Source of the DNA: Phoronis australis
Taxonomy: Eukaryota; Animalia; Phoronida
Assembly (NCBI GenBank): GCA_002633005.1
Contig: NMRA01000361.1
Span: 124,001 to 188,000, forward strand
DNA: 64,000 bases
Direction: 5' to 3'
The notes below the pieces were generated by a model. It was given only the letters and a program-made list of their open reading frames with translations, was not told where the DNA came from and did not search any database. The position numbers and the translations under genes were made by a program. Below are positions 26,755 to 38,000 of the stretch, piece after piece (position 1 is the stretch's first letter; each line of letters begins with the position of its first letter).

Positions 26755-27066
26755 CTATCAGCGCGATCACGTGCAGTTTACACATCACTCTGTGTATTAA
26801 GTAACATCACATGCACTTCACCAACCACTTGGTATAGGTAACATCGCATGCAGTTTACTCATAACTCGTTGTAAGTACGACCACGTGCAGCTCATACATC
26901 ACTCAATGTAAGTAACATCGCATGCATTTTACACACCATTGGGTATAAGTAAGATCACGTGCGGTTTATACGATGTAAGTACAATCACGCGCAGTTTACA
27001 CACCACTCGGTATTAGTAGGATCAAGTGTAATTTACGGTAACATCAGTCGGAATAAGTACGTTCAC
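26728..27066. repeat. ~37-bp minisatellite, 9 units (GTGCAGTTTACACATCACTCGGTATAAGTAACATCAC-like), starting inside the SLC43 CDS
   Basis: Repeated RTGCAGTTTACAC...AAGTA..ATCAC units. The first unit encodes VQFTHHSV*. Confidence 0.9.
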
Positions 27067-29569
27067 ACAGCCGATTTTTTGACAATTTTTGTTTCACATT
27101 AGGATTTCGTTGTTTTTAACGTTTGGTAGCTTCATGTATCATAAATATTGCTTGTTTACTGTCCAGTTGTGATGACACTGTACAATTACATAATTCGGTA
27201 TGCACGACGGATTCAGGAGGATGAGAACGTGTAGTTCCTCCTGTTCTATGTCCGTCACTTTATTGCATCGCTAGGAATGTAAAGCTGCTACAGCGGCTCT
27301 GTCCTGTCATGCGTCTGGCTATACCCGCCTTGTAAAGCATAAAATTAACCATCTAGTGTGTTTCGACGAAAGTACAAATAAAAGGCTTTGGTGAATTATA
27401 GAATTATTTGCCATGACATTGTTATGAGACCTCGCGTTTTACTCAGAGGAGAGCCGTGTTCCCTTATGCATGCATGTGTCAAAAAGTTCACAACTCGACA
27501 AAAGGAGGGTGCAAGTAATAATCTTTCCATAGCCACAACAAACCACAAAACTCCGACCCGGCAGCAATTCAATTGTTTTCGCATGCAAGATGCCATTTCT
27601 TTCAAAAAAAAGTTGATGTAAGAACTATTAGATGCTTCTTACATTCTGCTCTTATCCACATTGCCTGTAAAGTTTTTAACTTTATACCAACCTGTCATTG
27701 ATTGGGTTGCGCGATCATGATATCTTTTCATTAAAATTTAGCGAAGAAGCACGGTACATTCTTAGCAAAACAACGGATTCAATAACATGACCAAATTTTG
27801 TTCGACAAAGAATGTTAAAAAATATTGTCGCAGCTTTTAAGCGATCATTTCGTTTTCGTTTGATGGAACTTGTCATTTTGTCATAACAATCATGATAGTC
27901 CCTCATGCATTAATGGAACATTTTGAGAACAATTCTTAATTGTTTTGGACAATAGGGCATAAAGGAATTTTAGTATGTGAAAGTTTCGAATTGACCAGAT
28001 ATTTCTGATGTTCCGAAGTTAACCAGATCTGGACATTTTTCTAGGATCCTGGCATATCCTTAAGGAATTCTCCTCTTCGTGTGGTAGCCGATTTCAAGTA
28101 TCAGATGCAGCTCACGGCCTTATATTTCAGTTGGTGGAGCGATCCCCGGTTTTCAGACATTTTCGTAACGTAGTAAATCACTTTGAGGTATACCTATATG
28201 TTCATTAAAATAACAAGATGTCCAAGACGTTACTTCTATGTTGAATTTTTGAAAGGGGACGACACAAAGTATCGGACGGCTCATAATAATCGAATATTAC
28301 GTTGCCTAGTAACACTTTGACAAGAACGTGGTGCATTCACTGAATTCCCGCACTCAAGCATTTCTTTCATTTTTAACGTTCATGTGGCATATAATATTTA
28401 TTTCCTTGTCGTCGTGGCTGCTTTCTGTTCCTAGGTAAGGTTTCAATTCATACAAATCATGGATCTAAGTGTGCAGTCTTGTTTACACGCAGAGTAAACA
28501 TTGTCAGAATCTATGAATGGCGACCACTCGCAAGATGGGACTACACGGTAGGATATGACGTAATATTATGTCATGCGCACTAGGAGAGCTCCTCTCACTT
28601 CCTCCAATATTTCTTTTACACAATGATTGGCGATCGTTATCGGTGACAGCTTTCACACAATGTTGAATTTTAACCTAGTTAATGGAAGACTGGTTCAGCG
28701 ATTGATATAAATAATCACGTAATTAATTAATAGGCCGTGGGCCGTAGGCTCTAGGCAACGGGAGGCTTATAAAACCACTTCTGTAATCATTTTGGAGGTC
28801 GGGCAATTTTGTTTTGATATTACAAACTTTTAAGTTTAAACTTGCATATTTCTATGAAGTTTGATGCATTCAATTTTGGCCTATTTGCAAACTGGACATA
28901 GAAGTTAACATATTCAAAAACAATAAAATCAGATGTCCACAAGGGGCCATAGTGCTAACAAAATTTCCAATGGGTGCATTATGTCATACAAATACTCGTT
29001 TTGTATGCTTTAGCATTAAAATTTAAGGAAAGTTTCAGAATTAATGAACGTCACCTGTTGGTGAAATGTGGATTTACCATTCCAAACTATGAAGCTGTGA
29101 AGAGAAATTTATTACCAAATTGACAATGTCGCCAGATAATTTGAGAACACATTTACAAATCCTTCATAGGTGTAATTGGGAAGCACCTGTTTTCCTAAAA
29201 AAATAATCAAACTTACATAAAATGGCTGCGCTACTATTAATAGTCACAAGTGAAAGACAGTTTCATCTTATTTCTACTTTTAGATTAGCAATGAATTCAT
29301 AACTTGTCTTCATGAGTCTGAGAAGTCCGTCACTGTGTCATTCTGGAATACTCCTCAAACATTCATTGCTTCTCAGGGATAGATGCTTTTATTTACGAAA
29401 CACGAGCAAAACATGCGGTCAGAATACACGGTGTTGGTGAACATAAACGTTTTGCTACGACTAACGAAGAAAAACTCTGACTCTCCAGCAGAAAGAAAAC
29501 TTGGAATACCAGCCAAATTATAACGGAACTAGTTACACCGAGCCGCTCAAGCATCGGTAAGGTAAACAT

Positions 29570-29730
29570 CGAGGCCCAGGAATTTTGGGCCTGTGCAACG
29601 TCAGGATGGGAGAATATAATGGGAGGGAAACATTCTACATGGAAAACATCGGTGGCCTACCTGTGAACAATGGGACAGGGTACTCTAACTGGGGAAATGT
29701 GTGTGAGGAGAATAGAGGTACTGGCAAATA
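29570..29730 (+). mobile_element. Possible 3' remnant of an RTE-like LINE
   Basis: FGPVQRQDG...ILHGK resembles the RTE C-terminal WFGHV.R...ILHG motif; very decayed. Confidence 0.3.
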
Positions 29731-30881
29731 CTCGAAAAAGGGGTTTATTCGGAAAATTATGCTAAAGAAACTCCCATGGGTGCGTTGTACTTATTAAATC
29801 GAGCTTAATTTTCATTTTGTCACTTTGGTCATCTAGCGAGACTCTTGATGTACGGTTTCAGACAACCAGGGTTTTCTCGGCAAAATTAGTCAACACACCC
29901 GACATTTACACTGGTCGTTGTTTATGCGCACCGACCAGTGGCCCTGACTCGATGTCCCCCTTTTTATCAGGAAATCCCGCTTTTCAATCCATGTGGACCT
30001 TTACATCTAAGCAACAGATGTTCAAAATGACATTGCCTCAGTGTTATGAATATTGTTATTTTTCAGAGTCCCCTTTCTTTAGTAACGTAACAGTCGTGTA
30101 AATATGTTCAAATGTCTCTTGTTTACGGTAACATCTACATTTATCATGATCAGTAAATTTTTTCTTTCTGAAGAAATGAGTTGATTACTATAGAAAGTCC
30201 TATACTGCAACCAATGTATAATGAGTTATCAAAGCTGCATAATAGATGCTTGCCCTTTTTATTCACCCAAGAACCTTTATCTGCAAATTTCGGAGAGGTA
30301 GTTGGAGCAATTAGTTTATCACAATTTTTGTAAATGTCACTGCATGCTGAATTTTATTGAAGAATGTAATTATATCAAACGGCACCAAAGGGCCAATTCA
30401 TTGCAAAATCTAAAGATGTATAATTTTGGTTGAATGTCTGACTAAATTCTCCTCACCAACTGTGAATGATTCATATTCTACATGAATAATAGCGTTTTTA
30501 AACGCTATGAGTTTAATGGCTCATAGAACTTGAGCATAATCACTCTCGTCTTTTCAAAGCGTAAAAATGTAATTAACTAACTGTATTTAACAATGTAACT
30601 GTTACACTTTAGCATCAGGCGAATGAAGATTATCAACGTTGTAAATCACCAAAACACATACGGTACGTACAACTTCCTGAGAACATGGAATGCATCGCAA
30701 ACAAGAAAAATGCACTTCGTCTTCAAAACACAGTTTCTGTTGTAGGAAAGGCATATTCTGTCATCATAATTTTTGTTTTCATAGAGTAGAAATCTTTTGA
30801 ATCATTGAAATTATTTCCGTAATGGTTCAACCAGTCATTTATAACATCTCTGATTCATTTCTTTTTCATGTTACTATTAAA

Positions 30882-31289
30882 TATAGATTATTACATGGCG
30901 AAGTCGTTATCCCCCGTTATCTAGAGCCCGAGTGGATTTTGGAGAATTATCGCCCGAGGGGCGTAAGCCCCGAGGGTGATAATGAGAGAAAAATTTCACC
31001 GAATGAAGATATCATTTTTATGGAAATTATGTGTCTTGGTTTTCGTAGCGTATAAGTACAGTACAATGCGGTTTGTTGAACGTGCGATTATTGCGCGTGC
31101 TCATTTAAGTATTCTATTTTCACTCTTGATGACGTCAGTCGCTTCGTGGTGTAGTGGTAAAGTCGGCGACCAGCAATATTAGGGTCCCGGGTTCGACCCC
31201 GTTCTCGGTTTTCCGCCAAATCGTTATCTCACTAGTGAGATAACTTTATGGGTTATTACACGGTTGTATCTGCCATTTGACGCTAATAT
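30882..31289 (+). mobile_element. Short non-autonomous element with a structured hairpin, a tRNA-like core and a 22-bp palindrome, flanked by 13-bp direct repeats
   Basis: TGTTACTATTAAA at 30869-30881 and 31290-31302; hairpin 30946-30983; box A 31147-31157 and box B 31189-31199; palindrome 31223-31244. Confidence 0.65.
31141..31210 (+). pseudogene. tRNA-derived (pseudo-tRNA / SINE-head-like) sequence
   Basis: TGGTGTAGTGG and GGGTTCGACCC Pol III boxes at tRNA spacing, but the acceptor stem does not pair. Confidence 0.6.
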
Positions 31290-32204
31290 TGTTACTATTA
31301 AAACCTGTTATTTTACGCATCTTGGTAACACTCTCGTTTTTTAGAATAATTTGGCGTAATGTTCACCCATTTGGCCAACGATACATTCCAGGGTTAGAGT
31401 TCTATGGTAAGTAAGTGAGTAAGTTAGTAATTTTTTATTAAAGTGACATGTGTTCAAATGAATTTAAACAATGAATACGTTACAAAGACTAGGAACACCC
31501 AGCTCTCCACAGGGCTTATACATGTAAGTCACTTTAGATACATGATACAAATAAGAAAAGACAAGTGTACGCGCATTGCAAGACGACCAGAAAGAGAAGG
31601 CCGAGATAAAAGTGATCATAAATAAATATAATTTTTCTATTGTATGTATCATGAAGTCAATTTAGTAACGACCAATGATTTTCCAGCACAACGTTTGACC
31701 AAAATTAAGACACAGTGTCGCTTTTATGAAAACAACAGCAAGTTACACATTAAACCCTCTTTCGGCAATTTCAACCACTCGTCATTCTGTTTGCTAATGC
31801 ATCGTTGGTGTCTCACTTGGGTTGCAAAACCGCCCTTCAACAAGAAACATATTCTCACCGTGTCACAATATGGATACCGTGATTCTTGATAACTGGGTGA
31901 GCTTTCCTGCAGTTGCCGTGTAACTCTCCTGAAGCGGAGGTCACGCTTGCTCGTTTAGCATACTTTGCATGCAGTTTCCAAAATTTGCTCCAAACTTTTG
32001 AGATGCATTATTTTGTTCTGGAGAGATGAATGAGAAAGTATTTGTTCATATCCGTAGATAGATCCAAATCGAGTTCAGTATCCTTTTAAGATTTTATCAA
32101 AAAAAATCTCAGATGTTGCAATGTTTCAGATGTCAAAACAACTGAACAAAATCAACGAGGGGCTTAAAAATACGCCCACGAACTTGCACCGCAAATGGAG
32201 TGCT

Positions 32205-34095
32205 ACTAGAGTGGTTCATTTCTATCCTACAAATGGCCACTAGATGGTGCAAAACGTCCAATCCATTTGAAATAGAACGCTATTCACCAAATTTTATAAA
32301 AATCTGTCACGAACTTCAGAGAAACTAAGGAAAGCGGAAAAAATGAAATTTGCATGTGTGCAAAACTCAAACTTTTGAGAACGTGACATACCGTGAATAA
32401 TACGATGACAAGGAAGTCACGCATTTCTAAAGATATGCGGGAATTTTCACCGCTCGTTTTTCTGAGCGACTTTTACCAGGATCAAAGAGAGCGCGGCGCC
32501 GGAGTCAGGTACAGGTGTGATGACCAATATCAGTCAAGAAACTTAAGAGAAACGAAAGAAAACGAAAAAAATGAAATTGCCACTATGGGGCACAGCGTTT
32601 GATGGATGGGCCTGAAAGACGTCATCTGTGTTAGCTTCATATAAATATACTTACTAAATTTAATAAAGATCCTGCAGTGGGTTTAGGAGATACAGCTATG
32701 ACCGCAAAACAAAACAAAGCCACCACTAGGAGGTGCCACAGTAACCGAAGTTGTCAGCGTAACCGTCCTCTTCACACCGAGTACACGCCAATTTTCAAAA
32801 TCATCCTAAGAATGGTTTGGTTAATAGAGGGGTGGACGCCAAAAAACGCACTCGAACACAGTAAACATGACAACTAGGTGGCGCAAAATGCCTCGAATTC
32901 ATATGAAAATGGGAGGATAACGTAACCGCAACAATACATGCCTATATTCCAACTCCGTTGAGGACCTTTGAATATCCAGAGGTAAACATAAAAAGCTAAA
33001 ATTGCCACTAGGGGGACACTGGTGGTCAGATCCGTGCGAATGTCGTCGTCGTTCATTGTCAAAACCATATAAATACACTTGCTAAATTTAGTAAAGATCT
33101 TGCAAACTGTTTAGGAGATACAGCCATGGGCGCAAAAAAACACAAAACTGCCACTAGGAGGCGCCATAAAAGTCGAAGTCGTGGGAAAATCATTGCCAGA
33201 CATTCTCTTCGTGATTAGAACGTACATGTCAATTTTCACAATCATCCTTAGAGCGGTTTAGTTGATAGAGGGGTGGACGCCAAAAAACAGACTCGAAAAC
33301 AGTAAAAATGGCCACCAGGTGACGCAAACTACGTCGAATCCATCCAAAAACGAGATGATAGTTTCATCTCACTAAGGGATGCCTATAATCCATATTTTAT
33401 GAAAATACGCTGAGGACTTCCGAAGATACAGAGGTAAGCGTAAAAAACTAAAATTACTACTAGGGGGCGCACTGGTAGTTGGACCCATGCAAAAGTTGTC
33501 ACTGTTCGTTGTCAGCATCATCCAAATACACATGCTAAGTTTAGTAAAGATCCTGCAAATGGTTTAGGAGATACAGCCATGGGCACAAAAAAAACTGCAA
33601 CTAGGAGGCACCACAGTAGTCGTAGCCGTAGGAAAATCATCACTAGCCATCCTCTCCATGGTAAGAACATACATGCCAATTTTCACAATCATCCTTTGAG
33701 CGGTTTGATTGATAGAGGGGTGGACGCCAAAAAAACACTCGAAAACAGTACAAATGGCCACCACGTGGCGCAAACTATGTCGAATCCATCCGAAAACGAG
33801 AGGATAGTTTCATCTTACTAATAGATGCCTGTATTCCAAATTTTATGAATCTACGTTGAGGACTTCCGAATATACAGAGGTAAGCGTAAAAAAATAAGAT
33901 TGCCACTAAGGGGCACACCGGTAGTCGCAGAGGTCCGAAATTCGTCGTCATCTGTTGTCAGCTTCATAGGAACAAAACTGCCAAATCTTATCAAGATCCT
34001 GTGAGGGGTTTAGGAGATACAGCTGCCGCGGACGCCCGGACAGACAGAGATGACGGCAAAATGCGACAACTTATAAATATGTGGGGGCATAAAAA
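32205..34095 (-). mobile_element. Helentron-associated (HINE/pearl-like) non-autonomous element with an internal ~445-bp tandem array
   Basis: One end reads TTTTTATGCCCCC on the minus strand, followed by a short CGGA/CAGA microsatellite (~34030-34050). Tandem units start at 32577, 33002, 33454 and 33900. The other end is ACTAGAG. Confidence 0.7.
32577..34030. repeat. ~445-bp tandem repeat, ~3.3 units, each with three CTCF-like motifs
   Basis: Recurring anchors AAGATCCTG..GGTTTAGGAGATACAGC, GATAGAGGGGTGGACGCCAAAAAA and CAGAGGTAA; periods 425, 452 and 446. Confidence 0.95.
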
Positions 34096-34455
34096 CTAAA
34101 GCTTTCAACGAGTACAAGTTTCATTTTTTCGTCATTCAGTATGTTAATGCACTTTCTCAATTTCTGAGCTTGTGATTGATTAAGGAGATAACATACAGCA
34201 CCACCTGTAGCTAAATAATAAAGAGAGCATAAAAATCTGCTTTCTTTCAAAATAGTGTGAAACTTAAAATGCGGTGGATATTATTCGAATATCAATAGTT
34301 TAAATGTATCTAGCCACACAGGAAAAATAAAATTACCCCCTGACATGGTCACAGGGTGAAATGACGGGGGCTACGGCCCTGGGCCTGTGATAGCACCAAT
34401 GTATTTTATGAAGATGTAAATGTAAGGAAAACCATACTTCATTTGTCTAAACAAG

Positions 34456-34461
34456 TTTATT
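34456..34461 (-). terminator. Candidate Tbx1 polyadenylation signal AATAAA
   Basis: First minus-strand AATAAA I found, about 300 nt downstream of the stop codon. Confidence 0.4.
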
Positions 34462-34766
34462 TAGTATCGAAATAAATGTGTATCAATGATAAAGAAAATA
34501 AACTCAAATTACAAGAACCATATAACATTAGATATGAAAAATATGTACATTTTGTTGCTAAGAGGTATTTCTCAACAGACGAGCCATATCACGAACGTCT
34601 GCGCAACAGCAAAGCTTCGTCTATGCTAGCAAATCAGTTTCCCCGACTTTATACAAGAATACTGTCTTCTCGGTTTGGTAATTTGAGAATAACCTAAATT
34701 TTGGTCCCTCACCTCAGTGAACAGAGGCGCAAAATGTTCTATCACGTTACGCCTGTGACAGGGAGT

Positions 34767-35050
34767 CTATTGATAAGTGTACCCAAACGCGTGAGGCGTG
34801 CCGGTCAACAGGCTTGAAGTGTATTGGTGTGTATACGGGCTGATGTTACGGTTGTACGGGGAATGTCTCGTCGATGGCGCAGGATGGATTCCAAATGACT
34901 CCACTGAGTACGGAGTATAGGTATAGTTGTATGGTTCGTTGGTAAATGTCATGGGCGATGTTGGCACTGGTTGAAATCCCACGGATCCAAACATGGTGGG
35001 CGGTGGAAAGCGGGGACACACTGCGAACGTGTCTTCGCTAGAGGACGCGT
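34767..35050 (-). CDS. Tbx1: Tbx1/10 last coding exon (Pro/Ser/Tyr-rich C-terminus, ...RHSPY...FGYTYQ*)
   Basis: Acceptor tttcag at 35051-35052, in frame with ORF 34767-35021. P/S/Y-rich composition typical of T-box C-terminal domains. Confidence 0.85.
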
Positions 35051-38000
35051 CTGAAAGAAACGAAGAACCGTGTTAAACATTGAGAACAATAGCGTGCAGA
35101 AGAGGGGGCCGACGGGGCGACTGCCCAGACATCCACTGAATGACTGTGAATAAACCTTTTGAAACTGTGATTGATTTGTAATTAAATTGAATAAAGTTTT
35201 TAGTTAATGTTTGATCTTTTCATTTTTCGTAGTACTAGGGTCCATGCATTTGAGTAGAGAGAGGGGTATCCCAAAATATCACCCCAAACCTCTGCACGCT
35301 GGTGACTGACGATGACAGATTAGTCACGGAAAGTTTTTTTTTATCATTTGACAACAGAAGGACGGACGTCTGAAAGATATCCATATCGACAACCCGTCAA
35401 GTGTTTTGTACACCAAAGTTCCAAAAACAAGAAAAGTCACATAGACAACGAGTGATTCAAAACTCCAAAATTTATGTCACATGATGTTTTATTCAATCAA
35501 TTTCAATCAATTTATTTCTGTAATAAAGGCCGTAATACACGTCAGATATCTCCGTGTTTGCTATTGGCCATTTTGAGTTAGCGGCGTACATCATTTATCC
35601 AATCAGCAGTTCTTGGTTAACGTACCGCTTTTATTAACACTTTGTTTCCGACTCCTGTGAAGCTTTGTCTGTTGAGAAACCGGACTCAAATTGTTGAGAA
35701 CTTCAACTAGACTGGAAAGCAATGGTAAACAAAGAAATTTAAACAACGTGAAAAATATATGAATTTTTCAGTTCAGCAACACAAAACTCAAGAGTGTGAT
35801 TGAAACGTTTGTTTTTAATTCTGGACGACATGAAGTTAGAAGGTAAACTGCGGGCGCAAACGGTTTCTAAAGAATAAAGGACCATGTTAAGTTGTTGAAA
35901 CTTCTTGACTTCTTTATTAACAAGAACCTGTGATGAGTTACACAAAGACCTATCAGTGACTTTCCTGTTTTGTAAAATTTGTTGAAATAATTACTTTCAA
36001 AAGAACAACTGCATGCGTTTCATTCACGAAATCTTCGTTACCCGAGTTTTAATGCTCATTTTTCATCCTGTAGAGTGGAATTTGAGTAGTAACGTTGGAT
36101 TCATAACTCTGGTATTGTAGGGAACATGTTTTAACAAGCATACTATATTTGCGCGCGCTCTGGAACAAGATGAGGACCTACCGCCCCTTTTATCTTTGCC
36201 ACTACGCTTGCTGTTCTAATTCGGCGTATTTCACATCCTAGGCATTATTGCAGCAGAAACATTTCCTAAGTAATGTACGTACCAGTCATCGGGCTCGCAG
36301 TCCCGAAATCCCTTTGCAAATGGGTTACTTGCAATCTTCAATTGTGTTATCTGAAAAAGAAACAATAATGCATACTAAGCCTGTGGCCAAGGGAGGTCTC
36401 GCCACCTGCTGACTTGGTCATTCTGGAATATATAGGTCTCGTGACGCTCTTTGCACAAGAGCGCTGTCATGCTAGACAGGCCACGTGCCAAAAAGGAGCA
36501 ATAAACAAGCACTGGCTTAGGGAATGATCGAAGTTGTACGTATTGGATGATAGTAAGGATCGGAGCAGTGATTTTAATCGTGTCGTAAATGAAAAACTTA
36601 AGTTCATCGAAAACGATCTGGCTTTTTGGTGTCAAACCCTGACTCGGATGATCTCAACGCAGACACTTCTGTAAAGGAGCTAAATAAGACCTTAGACAAT
36701 GTGAGCAAGGGAAAGATTCTGGCACGAGACATTATCCCCACTGCATTGGCAACAAGAATATCAAGTCATGTCATCTTATGTTTTAATAAGCGTTTCAATT
36801 TGGCGGTTGTGTCCGAAGGCTGGATGTAAGAATTATCAATCCCATTGCGAAAGGTGAAGAAAGTCAATAATACTAAACGCGTGACAGGGAATAACTCTAC
36901 TGAATCGTGTTATTAAAGTCTACAATTACATTTTGACTAACAGGTAGGGCACATGGTTGGAAGAGAAAAAAAATGTCTCGACAGTCCAAAATAGTTTCAA
37001 ACAATCATGAAATTGTCTGGATCACATTTTGTTTTTCATAGTTGAAAATAAAATATAATCACCGCCTGTTTGTTTTGTCGACATAGAGAAGGCGTTCGAC
37101 TCACTGGACAGAGAAAGTTTTTGGTTTAAGGTGGTCAGTGTGGAGGTCTGCAGAACGATGTATAATGCATTGAAAAATTGTACGATGGTGTATTTGGCTG
37201 TGTAAGAGTTCAAGGGTGAACTTCATGTCTTACGCCTGAGTTTAATATTAGAAGAGGAGTCAAACAGGGTTGTCTATTTTCCCCAGTTTTGTTTAATATT
37301 TTTGTCAATGATTTGGTAGACTATATGAAGGGTTCACAATGTGATATAACGGTAAGTTAGAGAAAGCCAAGTATTCCTCGCTCGCAAAATGTATTCAAAT
37401 GTGACAATTCATGCGCGCACCCCCCCCCNTTGGCGAAGTGGGCAAAAAGGTCCGCCCCCGAGAGACAAAAAGTCCGCGAAAATGGGACAAAAGTCCACTA
37501 AATAAGCGCAAAGTCGCAATTCACAGAGGTGCTCCCGTTTTTATTTTTTTTTAGTCCGCCCGCTCTTTTGTTAGCAAATGGTCCACAACGTAGGGAATTC
37601 GAGCCCCCTATATCGAAGGCTGGGTGCGCGCATGCAATTTGTCATTAAATGTGAAATATAAGTAGAAATATCTTGGTTCTGGCTTACTGAACACTTAGAT
37701 CTACCTGTTATGTCTAAGGCTTCTGCTCACTCAGGTAACAGGGCTCTAGGATTACTAATTGCCAAATATAAAGCCTGTGGCGGCACGTCATACAGGGTGT
37801 TCTGTACACTGCCAGTTGTTTTGGTTTAGCCAGCTCTAGAATGTGCCTGTGCTACATGAGGTCACCTGGACTTCAGTCATGTTAATGCAGTCTACGAAAG
37901 ACCTCAGATTTTTCATGGGAGTCAGCGACCAATGCCACTGTGATGGGAGACTCGTGGTCCGGTGTGATTACTGTCCTCAGTGATTGAGACGCCCGACGAT

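Noticed and set aside
26728-27066. CRISPR-like array
   Set aside because: Eukaryotic context, head-to-tail degenerate units with no unique spacers, no cas genes.
31141-31210. Functional tRNA gene
   Set aside because: The acceptor and anticodon stems do not pair, and it is embedded in a repeat-like element.
35305-35335. CUGACGA-hairpin-GAAA hammerhead-like string
   Set aside because: Extra bases before GAAA and no stem III or cleavage triplet.
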